From: a virus | IMG/VR virus record: IMGVR_UViG_3300022925_000005 | Strand: one strand, 5' to 3' | DNA length: 64,000 nucleotides | Shown here: positions 28,909 through 39,783 of the stretch, one piece after another | Layout: each line of letters opens with the position of its first letter | How positions within the stretch are numbered: position 1 is the stretch's first letter | Made by a program: the position numbers and the translations under genes | Notes under the pieces: model-generated | Seen by the model: only the letters and a program-made list of their open reading frames with translations | The model's database searches: none | What the model was told of the DNA's origin: nothing

Positions 28909-30684
28909 TTATTTATTAAATTTTTCCTCGTCTAACAAATTACTATCACTTAAAAAGTCGGTTTTTTCAGTAATTACTTTCTTTTTAGGAGATATACCAT
29001 TCACATATTCTTTTGCGAATTTGCTAGCTTTTCTACTAACCTTTACTTCATTTTTCTTTAAAGCTTTTTGATTTTCCTTAGCACCTAATGGGTCTCTACC
29101 ATATGGGTGTTTATCTTTACCATAGGTGTTACCTTCCTTTGGTCTGCCACCCTTATCAACTGATAACGATGTTTTAAGTTCTTCTAATTCATCCTCTACT
29201 CCCATAGGTTCACTCTCCATTGCAGGGTCATTACCCTCATCTTCAATGGAACGATATCTGAATCTATCTTTAAGGTCATTAACCATTTGAGTTTTTTGAT
29301 AATCAATCTCATCCTTACTCATATTAAAGATGTTTTCATATGCCCACTCTTTTGAAATCATATTCAACTGAGTAATATCGGAAACCAATCTAACTTTTTC
29401 ACTCCAAAGGTTTACCTTCTCTTGCTCATAAATTGTAGATGGGTTAACTAAGTTTAATTCAAAATCAACCATTTCCGGTCCTTCAATACCCTGTGCAGCT
29501 AAATGTACAACAGCTAACTTAGTAAGTTCAGATACCAATGTTCTTTGGATTCTCTCAATTGTTCTTGCAAATCTTACATCTTCTGCAGCAAGAGTTGCTT
29601 TACCATTTACATTCTCATCGTATCCCAAATATGCTTTTGGAATTTTTAGAGCTGCAAATAGTTTATTCTTTAAGTAATCGATATCCTCAATAGCGGTATA
29701 AGTTAAACCACCTAATGTATCAATCTCAGTACCACTATCACCACCTCTAACAGGTAAGAAGAAATCTTCAGTTAAGTTTTGAATGTTGTACTTTAAGTTG
29801 TAATCACCAGTATTCTTATCAATGAATGGAGTTTTCTTCATTTTATTGATAATCTTCTGCATGTAGTTATCAACTTCAGTTGGAGGAATGTTACCAATAT
29901 CGATTTTGAAAACTCTCTTATCCGGTGCTCTCATAATTCTATGAATTAACATAGCATCTTCCATAAGAGAAACTTGCTTCCAAATTCTTCTACCATTTTC
30001 AATCATTGCCTTTCCATAAGGAAGGAAGTTGGTATCTGATAATAATCTGAAGTGTACCATTTCAAAGTTTTCGTATTCACCTTTACCATTTGGGTCGTGA
30101 TTAACTTTGAACTTAACATAGTTTGGGTTTATTGGGTCAGTATTTTCCAATCTCTCAGTTTCATAAACTGGTAGTGGTTGTACATTGATAATTCCCTTAC
30201 CTTCAGCAATTTCTATTGATAAAAAGAAATCACCATACTTAACCATATTACGAGTCCAAGCCCATAGGTTAAATTCTACATTAAGAATATCATAGAAAAG
30301 ATTTTCTAATAATTCTTTTACTTTTTCATTCTGAGTTTTGATTTGAATAACATCACCAAATTCATTCTTTAGTGTTGATTCATCTGCGTATATATCCAAT
30401 GCAGATGAAATAATAGGGTCATTATCCATTGCATCATAATCTCTAAATAATTCTCTACGGACCTGATGATAAGCCATTGATTGAGCTGCCATCTGGTCTC
30501 CATAGAACGAACGTTGTAGTTTTGTGTACCTATCCCTTAAATTCATTAAGTTAGTACTACCCTGCTGTCTATCATCCGTATCCTTAACTGTCCTCTTACC
30601 ATCCTTGTCAACAACGACTACGGCTTGGGTAGAGAAAAGTTTAGTTAACTTTTGAAAAAATGAACTATTTTGTTGTTCTGCCAT
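28909..30684 (-). CDS. gp20: Portal protein (T4 gp20-like)
   Basis: LMEDAMLIHRIMRAPDKRVFKIDIGNIP, EDFFLPVRGG..GTEIDTL, ALKIPKAYL. Confidence 0.95.
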   Translation of the reverse strand: MAEQQNSSFFQKLTKLFSTQAVVVVDKDGKRTVKDTDDRQQGSTNLMNLRDRYTKLQRSFYGDQMAAQSMAYHQVRRELFRDYDAMDNDPIISSALDIYADESTLKNEFGDVIQIKTQNEKVKELLENLFYDILNVEFNLWAWTRNMVKYGDFFLSIEIAEGKGIINVQPLPVYETERLENTDPINPNYVKFKVNHDPNGKGEYENFEMVHFRLLSDTNFLPYGKAMIENGRRIWKQVSLMEDAMLIHRIMRAPDKRVFKIDIGNIPPTEVDNYMQKIINKMKKTPFIDKNTGDYNLKYNIQNLTEDFFLPVRGGDSGTEIDTLGGLTYTAIEDIDYLKNKLFAALKIPKAYLGYDENVNGKATLAAEDVRFARTIERIQRTLVSELTKLAVVHLAAQGIEGPEMVDFELNLVNPSTIYEQEKVNLWSEKVRLVSDITQLNMISKEWAYENIFNMSKDEIDYQKTQMVNDLKDRFRYRSIEDEGNDPAMESEPMGVEDELEELKTSLSVDKGGRPKEGNTYGKDKHPYGRDPLGAKENQKALKKNEVKVSRKASKFAKEYVNGISPKKKVITEKTDFLSDSNLLDEEKFNK

Positions 30685-30711
30685 TCTACTTTTCTTTATT
30701 TAATAATCTAA

Positions 30712-30743
30712 CTAAGATACAAAAAATTATTAATATATCCTAA
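30712..30743 (-). promoter_or_regulatory. Variant Bacteroidota-type promoter upstream of the portal gene
   Basis: TTAG-N20-TATCTTAG; no ATATTTATA motif in this spacer. Confidence 0.5.
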
Positions 30744-30748
30744 TTTAT

Positions 30749-31156
30749 TTACCATGCTTTACAACTCCAATATCTTGCTCCAGTTCTTGGACCAGGGTTA
30801 TCACAATTATGTCTTGCCCTAAATGCTTTTTTTCGTTCTGGGTTATCTTTCTTAATTCTCATAGTTTTCTCACCTGCTTTTTTAGCTGATGTTCCACCAT
30901 GTCCGAAATTAACCTTCACAACATTTCCTTTTGGATTCTTAACATAAACCTTAAACTTCTTTACATCACCTGCCATCGGTTTGTTGAGTTTTACCTCTCT
31001 ACCTTGATATTCAGCTTCGTTTACATCCGGCTTATATTCTTTTATGAATTCTAAAAATTCTTTTAAATCATCATGGTTTTCTACATCATATTCAAAGATA
31101 TCATCTTCGAATTGCTTTGTAAAATCATCATAAAGTTCTTTAGTTGTATTATCCAT
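30749..31156 (-). CDS. Small basic protein with an acidic pro-region
   Basis: The acidic N-terminus ends in VNE, then AEYQGREVKLNKP..KVNFG..FRARHNC..ARYWSCKAW. Confidence 0.75.
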   Translation of the reverse strand: MDNTTKELYDDFTKQFEDDIFEYDVENHDDLKEFLEFIKEYKPDVNEAEYQGREVKLNKPMAGDVKKFKVYVKNPKGNVVKVNFGHGGTSAKKAGEKTMRIKKDNPERKKAFRARHNCDNPGPRTGARYWSCKAW

Positions 31157-31193
31157 AATAAATCCTATACTATATAAATATAAAAAAATTGAT

Positions 31194-32774
31194 TTATAAC
31201 CAATTTGTTAAGTCTTCGTGAGTACCATCTCCAATATCCATTTTCCAAGGATTATCATCGATATCATTACCACCATATATACCAGTATAAGTATGAGATG
31301 AAATACTGTTAATAGCCTGTTTGGTTAAATCAACACCTTCTTGTCTTAACCTAAGAGCAGTATCTCTAACCCATAATCCAATTGCAAGTGCCATAACTAA
31401 ATCATCGTTATAACCTCGCATTGCTTCAGCTCTTCCATTATTCCATATGAATGTAAACATCTCATCAATCGTTCTTACTGAACGTAATGTGATTGATTTA
31501 TCTCTTATGTACTCTTCCAACTTTGAGATGATTAGAGGACGTGTTCTGGATGTTGTGGAGAACCCTGCTACTTGGTTCCTATCTTGCGAGCGATATTTAT
31601 TTGTAAATTGATTACCAGCATCCACATATTTTATATCCTTATCAGTATAATATAGATTGGAATAATTTCTATCAATTACTTGTTGTATTGCAGCCCAACC
31701 AATATTAGCGTTTTCAATTACTAATAGTGCGTTATTATATTCAGTTGATAATGCTACTAAGAAGTTTCCAAAATCTTTTGTATCCAACTTACCTTTATAT
31801 TCGGCAACCTGAGTTGATGCCACCACATCAATAACATGAGCGGTGGAGAAATCCGATGAATCTCCCCTCGCAACATCAGCTACAACTATGTATGATTTAT
31901 TATAATCAGCATATTCCCATTTCCAAAGATTTCCATCAAACCCTGTTTTTTCGATAGGGTCTTGGACGTAAGTTTCTTTATAGAATTGTAAAAGTTGTGG
32001 GTCTATAACACTATCTCCAGACGATACAAAATCACAATCACATTCTTGTGCTGCTCCTTTAGGTCCTAATAATCTTTCTTGCTCATCTCTCCAATCTTGG
32101 TCTCTTTCAGGGTGAACTGTCCAATGTAATCTGATTGTGTTGAAATCATTTCTACCTTCTTCAGCACCTACCCAAGTTTTGTGATACCAATTACCCACAC
32201 CATTTGGAGTTGATAACACAATTGCGTTACCCCCCGTAGATAACGTAGATTGAGCCGATACCCAAATCTCTTCAATCTTATCGATGAAAGCAGCCTCATC
32301 AAATACCAATAAAGATAGTGCTTCAGAACGACCAGCATCACCAGCGGCCGAAGTTGCTTTGGCTTGTGAACCATTTGCATATCTAAGTGATAGTTTGTTA
32401 TCTTCTACTGTTTCCAACTTTAACCAAGATGGTAAGTATTGGTTCATTACCCTAATTTTTGTAATTAAGTTCTTTGCAACTTCTTGCTTAGTTGCAATTA
32501 CCAATACGTTAAAGTCTTGATTAAATAACATTTTCCACAATGAAAAACCTGCGGTTAATGTTGAGATACCAGTTTGTCTGGATTTTAATATGATGTTATA
32601 TCTATGGTCTTTAAAATCAACTAAAGTCTCTTCCTGAAAAGGATATAATTGGAATTGTATTTTTCCCCTAACTGGGTGTTGAATCATACAATACTTTTTC
32701 ATAAAATAAATTGGGTCAGAAGCACACTTCTGATACTCCAATTTGATTATTTCTTTAATTGATTGCTTAGCCAT
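31194..32774 (-). CDS. gp17: Terminase large subunit (T4 gp17-like)
   Basis: Walker A KSRQTGIST, Walker B LVFDEAAF, STPNG; nuclease motifs ADVARG..D and DDLVMA. Confidence 0.96.
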   Translation of the reverse strand: MAKQSIKEIIKLEYQKCASDPIYFMKKYCMIQHPVRGKIQFQLYPFQEETLVDFKDHRYNIILKSRQTGISTLTAGFSLWKMLFNQDFNVLVIATKQEVAKNLITKIRVMNQYLPSWLKLETVEDNKLSLRYANGSQAKATSAAGDAGRSEALSLLVFDEAAFIDKIEEIWVSAQSTLSTGGNAIVLSTPNGVGNWYHKTWVGAEEGRNDFNTIRLHWTVHPERDQDWRDEQERLLGPKGAAQECDCDFVSSGDSVIDPQLLQFYKETYVQDPIEKTGFDGNLWKWEYADYNKSYIVVADVARGDSSDFSTAHVIDVVASTQVAEYKGKLDTKDFGNFLVALSTEYNNALLVIENANIGWAAIQQVIDRNYSNLYYTDKDIKYVDAGNQFTNKYRSQDRNQVAGFSTTSRTRPLIISKLEEYIRDKSITLRSVRTIDEMFTFIWNNGRAEAMRGYNDDLVMALAIGLWVRDTALRLRQEGVDLTKQAINSISSHTYTGIYGGNDIDDNPWKMDIGDGTHEDLTNWL

Positions 32775-32777
32775 AAA

Positions 32778-33473
32778 TTATTTATTCTTACCAAATGATA
32801 ATTTCCAATACATACCACCACTAATATATGGTGATAGTTGTTGTATGTTAGAATTATTTTGCACACCTAATCCTAATTGAAATATTTTATCTTTTTTAGT
32901 TTTTAGTAATAGAGATGTTGATAAGTTAGTAACCACATCTTCTCTATTGAACCCACCATTTAATCCCCAATATAATTGAGTTTTTGGTAGTTCTTTTACT
33001 ATTGTAGTATTATAAATTGTTGGAATTTTAAATGTCCAATCTACATCTCTGGATATGATTGAGTTTTGTGATATGTTATCGGTTATAATACCAAATCCCA
33101 AATTTGGAGATGGTTTATTACCTAAAGAATCAGTAACCCCATTTGGAAATTCATATGAAAGATTTAAAGTATCTTTGACTTGATATGTTGCAAAGTATTT
33201 TTCTACAATAGCCAATGTATCTACATCAATTGGAATTTCAACTTCAACGGTCTTTACTTTGGTTATATATTTTGGTACATATGTAGGTACCTTTACTTCC
33301 TTAGTTACAACAACAGTATCAATAGTTTGTTTCAGTAACTCATAATCTTTCCCATCAACTTTAATGGTTTCTATTTCTTTAGTATCATTACCATCACATC
33401 CTCTCATTAACACCACAATACACAGTGCTATTATTAGGAGAGTTTTTAAATCAAATTTCTTTAACCAATTCAT
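32778..33473 (-). CDS. Membrane-anchored protein with a C-terminal beta-strand segment (candidate spanin/lysis protein)
   Basis: N-terminal hydrophobic helix followed by MRGC; T/V/K-rich DT stalk; ends in alternating strands YISGGMYWKLSF. Confidence 0.55.
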   Translation of the reverse strand: MNWLKKFDLKTLLIIALCIVVLMRGCDGNDTKEIETIKVDGKDYELLKQTIDTVVVTKEVKVPTYVPKYITKVKTVEVEIPIDVDTLAIVEKYFATYQVKDTLNLSYEFPNGVTDSLGNKPSPNLGFGIITDNISQNSIISRDVDWTFKIPTIYNTTIVKELPKTQLYWGLNGGFNREDVVTNLSTSLLLKTKKDKIFQLGLGVQNNSNIQQLSPYISGGMYWKLSFGKNK

Positions 33474-34131
33474 AATTCATATCCTTTAATTTCTCATACG
33501 CAATATTACGTTTTTCGATAACTTCGATAAGTTCTTTCTTACCATTTTCTATATCGGATTCTATTTGAGCTTTTAAAGTTTGAACATCATCATTTGATTG
33601 CCATTTTTCTACCGAACCATCATCATTTACATATTCGTGAATGTTAGATACTTCTTTAAGAGCTTGATTCCATTTTTCTAAAACATCAGTTCCGTAATCA
33701 GCCATATTAGAATATATTCTATATTCTTCATATGATTCCCATAAACCATCTTGCTTTATAATAAGTTCTCTCTTTGCTAAACAACCAGCACAATAACCAG
33801 TTTTAGAAATTAACTTTTTATCTGAATTTGAAAACTTTCCACTAACATCACAATCAGTAGCTTTACATTGGGATTGCTTCTCAATGTAATTTCTTAATTC
33901 AGACATTACGTTTGACATTTTGGATGATTTTACTCTACCAAAATCTTTTTGTTCCCAAACATTACCATCAGAATCACTCCAAATATCACCAACGTTACGT
34001 TTTACTTCTTGTTCTTTGATATCAGAGAATCCGATTTGAGTATTTTTTTCATACTCACCAGTTTGTACCATATCAGCCAACTTTCTACGAGTTGGATGCA
34101 TGAACTTTCTACTAAATTTTTTATCAGCCAT
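33451..34131 (-). CDS. Zn-finger and coiled-coil protein
   Basis: CKATDC...CAGC; late motif at 34153-34161. Confidence 0.65.
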   Translation of the reverse strand: MADKKFSRKFMHPTRRKLADMVQTGEYEKNTQIGFSDIKEQEVKRNVGDIWSDSDGNVWEQKDFGRVKSSKMSNVMSELRNYIEKQSQCKATDCDVSGKFSNSDKKLISKTGYCAGCLAKRELIIKQDGLWESYEEYRIYSNMADYGTDVLEKWNQALKEVSNIHEYVNDDGSVEKWQSNDDVQTLKAQIESDIENGKKELIEVIEKRNIAYEKLKDMNYELVKEI

Positions 34132-34172
34132 AACCTATTATATATTCATATATATAAGTATTCGATTTTTTA

Positions 34173-37100
34173 CTATTCGTAAAATAATCCCAATATCTGA
34201 TTTAATGGTGCGAATGTTCCAGTCAGTTTGAAAGTTTTACCACCATACACAAATACGATTCCTTCGTTTGGTACAATCTTATCCTTACCACCAATTGCGT
34301 TCAATCTTTCCAACTCCAATTTGAGTTTAGCAATCTTCTTAACATCACCTGATTTCTTCACATCTTTAATGGTTTGGTCTAACCTCTTCTTCATATCTCT
34401 AACTGCCTTATCAGGGTTAGCTGCAAGAACCGAACTCATAAAGGATAGGATATCTGCACCAATCCCTAAGAAGATATCTTCAAATGGTCTGATGTTATCC
34501 TTAGCCATTTTAGCATGGTCATTTTTATCAATACCTTTAGCCCATTCTAAAGTTTTCTCATCAGTAATATTCTTAGAATCTAATCTGAATGATTTATCGT
34601 AGAATGCCCATCTCTTAACTAATCCCATTAGGGTTTTGTTATCCAAAGTAGATGGTGATTTTTTAGTTACGAAATCTGTCCAAAAAGCTTGATGATAATC
34701 TGCGATACCATCATTATCCTTCAACTTAAATTTGGATTGAAGTTTTGAGATTTGTCCGTTGTACTTTCCTTTTAGTTTTGTTAAATCCGTTGATTTAGGT
34801 AACTCATTAATTGGTGGCCCTTGGATTGTGTAAGCTGATTGTACATCTGCATTCACTTGTTTAATCATTCCCGCAAGGATTCTTGCAGCTTCCTGATTTT
34901 CTCCAATGGCAATTCCGTCCTCGTTATATTCCATAGTCCCATGAAATACAAGTAGTGCTTGGCCATAAGGTATTACATTTACGGAAGTAGGGTAGATAAC
35001 CTCCAAGTTCATAAAACAAGCACCACCCTTAAATACCTTTTCTCTTTGTTTATCAGAAAGTGATTTTATTGCTTTTGATAAATCATTCATAGCAAAGTTA
35101 TAAGCTTTTTCCAATTCACCTCTACCAGCAAATTTAGTTGCTACACCATTGATATCCAAAGCATTCTCTCCCTTATTTTTTAGGTGTCCTTTGTTTCTTG
35201 CTGCAACTAATCTTCCATCTCTCCAACTAACTGCCAATGCCTGTCCATCGGTTTTTTCTCTAGCTAACTCTAGGTTACCTTCTAATGCTTTGTTTACAAT
35301 ATCTTTTAACTGCCCAAAAGTCAAGTTGATTTCAGTATCGAATGGGTGATTCATATGTCCATACGCACCGCCTTCGGTTAGTAGAATTTCATTTAGTAAT
35401 TCTTTTAATCTTATCATTTCTTCACTTTCATTTATTGATTTATAACTCACCTTTGGATATTCCTTAGCTATCTTTAGTAAATCCTTTATACCTAACCCCA
35501 CTTTTATAGTTTTAAGTTTAAAGTTCTTATCTAAATTATATAATGCTGCCACTCTATGATGTCCATCTAAAATGTAGTTATCTTTAGATATAATTACCGG
35601 TTTAGATAAATTTGATTTTTCAACATCCAAAAGTGCCTTCACTTTATCAACATTTAAATTTTTTTGAGTCATTCCAATTTTGGAAACATCTATCGTTGAT
35701 GCCGATACAGATACATTATTACGTTTTAAATATGTTACAAAATCACTAACATCCTTTGAGTTGATTTGTGGCATATCTTTTCTATCTACCCCTAACGATT
35801 TGGATATACGTTTTATGGTATCTTCAGAAATACCGCCACTCAATGCATATGGTTCATTATATTGTAGTTCCTCTTTATCAAACTTTTTTCGTAACTTCTT
35901 CAATTCCTTATTATGGTCATCAATCCATTTTTGGTATGGATAACCATGTGGTGCTAGTTGTTCGGTTACAGGTTCGTAACCCCTTTTCTCAGTATCCTTT
36001 TCTTTGGATTGGTGGCCACCCATTTTATCGTCATCATCAAAATCGATAGTATCGGGTTCAGCCAATGAACCTCTTTTTGCAATTGCAGATGTTTGATGAT
36101 GTTTATTAAAATCTTTTTCTAATTCTGATTGATTAGGGTCTAAGTTTACTGGCTTATACTTATCACTTATTTTAGTTGGTAATGATTCAAACTTATATTC
36201 AGGTGATGAAGTCTTGAAATCATCTTTTCTCATTATGGTTTTAGCGATTATCTTATTCGCTTGTTTCATAAATGGAATATTCAAATTTGTTCTATTATCC
36301 TTTGCTACAATCTGATTGTATTGATTAAGGAAACTTACAAATTCTTTTTTCTTCTTACCCAATCGTTTAAAGAAACCAATCAACTCAGCGTTGGTTACTT
36401 CCTTTCCGTTTCTTGGGTCGTTTAATCTATCGAAGAAATGTTTACCAGTTAGAACTACATCTACTGGTTTAAATTGTTTATCTGCAAATGTATCAATCTT
36501 CTGAAGGTCTCCCATTGGGATTTCGTTGATTGGTAATTTACCCCAATCTTTTCCTTTAGTGAAAGTTTTTGGTTTCTTAATAGTTCCTAGATGATGTTTA
36601 TCGTAGTACACTTCAATGTATTCAACACCTTTACCACCTTTGAATAATTTATCAGCTGCGGCATTTACAATGTTTTTCATAAACCCATCGTTTGCTCTTG
36701 GAAGATACATATCAACCTTTTTACCACTCTTATCGTATCCGATTGCATCAAATCTAGTACCACCAAACTCATTGAGTTCAACTTCTATACCTTCTTTAGA
36801 ATACATTTTATATTTAAAATCGGTATTGGTAAATCTTACCTTTACATTATGTTGTTTGTAGAAACGATTTAAGGTGTTTACCAAATCACCAATTGTTGCT
36901 TTCATTTGTTCAACATCGTTGGGTTTGTATGCGTAGAAAAACTCCTTTGGAAATAAATCCTTTACAATGTTTGCTATTGAAATAGTTAAAGATGCTTCAT
37001 TTAATGTAATACCTAAGAAGTTTTCCTTCAAAGGTTTCATACCATTTTTAACTCTAACTTTATTTAGTTGTTTGATTATCTCCTTTTGTTTTGGAGAGTT

Positions 37101-38591
37101 TGGCATTGTTTTTAATGCCTTAGTAGTTAGTTGATAAATCAAAGTTCTATCTTCCGATGATATCTCTTCAATCATATTATGTGAACGTTTCCAATCATCT
37201 AAACTATCTAAATCATATTCTTTTGATTGATTATCAAATCCACAATTGTGGCAGAGGTATTTTTCATCATCATTTGATGTAATTTCCCATTGGTGATTAC
37301 ATTTTTCACATTTAATTTCTTCACCATTAAATTCAACTACAATATTTTCTTCTATTAATCGTACCTTTAAGACTGGTTTACCATTTATGGTAATATCACC
37401 CTTATCATTTTTACCAATAGTTTTAACTACAATTTTTTTGTTTTTGAACTTACCACCCAATACAGTATCACCTACGTTGATTGGGATAGTAATATCTTCT
37501 TTTACAATATTTGTATTTGGGTCTTTTACTTTTTTAGTTTTACTGGATTCCTCTTTATCATGCTTAGAATCCAATGAATCTAATACAGAATATCCAACTA
37601 AACTAGCAAAACGAGTTGCGTGCTTAAACCATAAGTTATAGGCTTGTGAACCATAAAAATCTTTTTGGTTAGTTGCAGTTGTTTTACCAATTACCCCAGC
37701 AGGGAATGGTGTTACCGCTTTTACAGGTCCTTTTGGATATATTGGATGTGAATCGATATCAGTAAGTTCATCACTCATAATTTGTGATAAAACAGTATAC
37801 CCAATTGCTTCGGCTCGTTTCTTAGAAACTTTATCAAATGATGCATATGATGGAAACACAAAGTTAGGTCCATCATCTACTTCAGAAGAACCACCTATCT
37901 TAGATGCCTCTTTGATTAACTCAACGTTATCAACTATCCAATCTTCTATTATGTGTTTTGGAATAAAGATTCCCTCAGATGTTATCTCAGGTAGTTGTGA
38001 TAACTTACCAGCTATGAATTTAAATATTTTTGGATTAAACTTACCATATGCTCTTTTTGCAAAAAACTCTTTCTTATCCTCATCTGAACCACTTCGTAAT
38101 CCCATTCGAACATCGGTTCCACTTATTGGATTAGATTGCTGAGGAGCTATATAAACGTACCCTTTATCTTTATATCCTTCAAAATCTAAGTTATCTTTGT
38201 AAGGAGTAAAGAACTTACCTCCTAATCTACTTGCATCCTTTTTGCCAACAACTGTGATAAATGCCGTAGTATCTTCATTGAATTTTTTAAGTACCTCAGT
38301 TGGTATATATGGATTTTTTACTTCAATAATTTTGTTTGATGGGATACCAAACATTGTTGTCATTATTTGCTTCTTCTCTTTGAAGTTAAAAGGTGATTTT
38401 TGATTATCGGTTTTATTGGATGTTCCGATATATACATTATCTTTTCCAAACTTCTTTACTAAATGTGAGTAAGTAGCATAATGACCTTTATGAAAAGGTT
38501 GAAAACGGCCAGCGTAAACAACAACTTTGTTGTCTACACTGTCCGCTTCCAATAATATACTTTCTACTAAAAAGTTAGATAAATCATTCAT
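34173..38591 (-). CDS. 1472-aa multidomain polyprotein: HxGH nucleotidyltransferase, Zn ribbon, possible BECR-fold domain, ParB/Srx-like domain, ligase-like adenylation domain
   Basis: YAGRFQPFHKGH; CEKC..CHNC; HFFDRLNDPRN; ILDGHHR; EKTDG...EGIVF..FKL. Confidence 0.85.
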   Translation of the reverse strand: MNDLSNFLVESILLEADSVDNKVVVYAGRFQPFHKGHYATYSHLVKKFGKDNVYIGTSNKTDNQKSPFNFKEKKQIMTTMFGIPSNKIIEVKNPYIPTEVLKKFNEDTTAFITVVGKKDASRLGGKFFTPYKDNLDFEGYKDKGYVYIAPQQSNPISGTDVRMGLRSGSDEDKKEFFAKRAYGKFNPKIFKFIAGKLSQLPEITSEGIFIPKHIIEDWIVDNVELIKEASKIGGSSEVDDGPNFVFPSYASFDKVSKKRAEAIGYTVLSQIMSDELTDIDSHPIYPKGPVKAVTPFPAGVIGKTTATNQKDFYGSQAYNLWFKHATRFASLVGYSVLDSLDSKHDKEESSKTKKVKDPNTNIVKEDITIPINVGDTVLGGKFKNKKIVVKTIGKNDKGDITINGKPVLKVRLIEENIVVEFNGEEIKCEKCNHQWEITSNDDEKYLCHNCGFDNQSKEYDLDSLDDWKRSHNMIEEISSEDRTLIYQLTTKALKTMPNSPKQKEIIKQLNKVRVKNGMKPLKENFLGITLNEASLTISIANIVKDLFPKEFFYAYKPNDVEQMKATIGDLVNTLNRFYKQHNVKVRFTNTDFKYKMYSKEGIEVELNEFGGTRFDAIGYDKSGKKVDMYLPRANDGFMKNIVNAAADKLFKGGKGVEYIEVYYDKHHLGTIKKPKTFTKGKDWGKLPINEIPMGDLQKIDTFADKQFKPVDVVLTGKHFFDRLNDPRNGKEVTNAELIGFFKRLGKKKKEFVSFLNQYNQIVAKDNRTNLNIPFMKQANKIIAKTIMRKDDFKTSSPEYKFESLPTKISDKYKPVNLDPNQSELEKDFNKHHQTSAIAKRGSLAEPDTIDFDDDDKMGGHQSKEKDTEKRGYEPVTEQLAPHGYPYQKWIDDHNKELKKLRKKFDKEELQYNEPYALSGGISEDTIKRISKSLGVDRKDMPQINSKDVSDFVTYLKRNNVSVSASTIDVSKIGMTQKNLNVDKVKALLDVEKSNLSKPVIISKDNYILDGHHRVAALYNLDKNFKLKTIKVGLGIKDLLKIAKEYPKVSYKSINESEEMIRLKELLNEILLTEGGAYGHMNHPFDTEINLTFGQLKDIVNKALEGNLELAREKTDGQALAVSWRDGRLVAARNKGHLKNKGENALDINGVATKFAGRGELEKAYNFAMNDLSKAIKSLSDKQREKVFKGGACFMNLEVIYPTSVNVIPYGQALLVFHGTMEYNEDGIAIGENQEAARILAGMIKQVNADVQSAYTIQGPPINELPKSTDLTKLKGKYNGQISKLQSKFKLKDNDGIADYHQAFWTDFVTKKSPSTLDNKTLMGLVKRWAFYDKSFRLDSKNITDEKTLEWAKGIDKNDHAKMAKDNIRPFEDIFLGIGADILSFMSSVLAANPDKAVRDMKKRLDQTIKDVKKSGDVKKIAKLKLELERLNAIGGKDKIVPNEGIVFVYGGKTFKLTGTFAPLNQILGLFYE

Positions 38592-38633
38592 TATAATAGT
38601 ACGTTTTCTATTGTACTATATAAATATAGGATT

Positions 38634-38981
38634 TTATTGTTTTACAACTTCCATTTGTTGAGCCATCTTTTCTTTAATCGATGGGTCAAATGTAATTGTA
38701 CCTTCTTGTAGATTGATTTGTCCTCTTGGGTATTCCTTTTCAAGTTCACCAACTAAACCTCTAAGAGCTTCGTTTTTCTCTTTGAAATCAGTTTCTGCTC
38801 TTTCCAATCCTTCTTCAAGTTTTACCATCTCATCTTCCAACTCTTTTCTTCTTAGATAAAGTTGTCCGAATACATTTACTAACTGAGATATCTCATCATT
38901 AGCTTCTTTAATTGGAGTTACTACATCTTCACCTAGTTCTCTAGTAACCAATTCGATTTTTTGAATTTCTTCGTTTGCCAT
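38634..38981 (-). CDS. Coiled-coil protein, paralog A
   Basis: GQLYLRRKELE...ELEKEYPRGQINLQEGTI. Confidence 0.8.
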   Translation of the reverse strand: MANEEIQKIELVTRELGEDVVTPIKEANDEISQLVNVFGQLYLRRKELEDEMVKLEEGLERAETDFKEKNEALRGLVGELEKEYPRGQINLQEGTITFDPSIKEKMAQQMEVVKQ

Positions 38982-39036
38982 AATACTTTTTAATTAAAAA
39001 TTTTGTTTTTTGAATTCATATATAAATATACATAAA

Positions 39037-39783
39037 TTATGTTTTCGTTATAATTGTTACACCTCTCTTTTGTACAACTTGAGATGCACACTCATTTCCA
39101 AAGTTTATTGATTCAACTACATCGGAGTTTTCCAAATACTTTGTAGTGAATCCTGCTACAAAAGTATCACCTGCTCCAGATATATCCATAATCTCAACTT
39201 GTTTGGTTGGATACATAATACCATTATGTTTACACCCATCCTTATCAAGTGTGATTATAAGCTTTTCAACTATCCACTCATTCTCATTAATGAATGTTTC
39301 GTTATTTAAATATTCAGTTCTATTTAATTTGATAAATTTTAAATCCCTACACCACTCACCCAATTTCTTTTTGGTATCGCAAATTGTGATAGGATGATTG
39401 AATGCTATATGAGCAATATCACTATCCGATAGAAACCCCTTATTGTAATCTGAAATTACAACCATATCATATTCCCAATAATTGGTGGGTAATATATTGA
39501 TATCAATTTGTTTTACATCATCACCCTCATCTACTCTCAGTAAAAGTGTATTTGATGATTCATGTACATATCTGGTTTTTGTTATGGTGGATGTGTGTGT
39601 TATGATATCAACATCAACTCCCAACGATTCTAAATTGGATTGTACATTTAGTGCCATACCACCATTATACCTCTCATTGGTTGGATTAAAAACAGGAGCG
39701 GGTCCTTCTGGTGAAAGACGTGGAGTATTTCCATAGATAAAGATATCCATACAACTTTCTCCTATTAAAAGTACTTTACTCAT
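39037..39783 (-). CDS. hldA: PfkB-family heptose-7-phosphate kinase (HldE/RfaE domain I-like)
   Basis: RLSPEGPAPV, SDYNKG, DISGAGDTF. Confidence 0.88.
   Translation of the reverse strand: MSKVLLIGESCMDIFIYGNTPRLSPEGPAPVFNPTNERYNGGMALNVQSNLESLGVDVDIITHTSTITKTRYVHESSNTLLLRVDEGDDVKQIDINILPTNYWEYDMVVISDYNKGFLSDSDIAHIAFNHPITICDTKKKLGEWCRDLKFIKLNRTEYLNNETFINENEWIVEKLIITLDKDGCKHNGIMYPTKQVEIMDISGAGDTFVAGFTTKYLENSDVVESINFGNECASQVVQKRGVTIITKT

Noticed and set aside
33451-34131. Terminase small subunit, suggested by position
   Set aside because: No recognisable gp16-like motif; left as a Zn-finger hypothetical.
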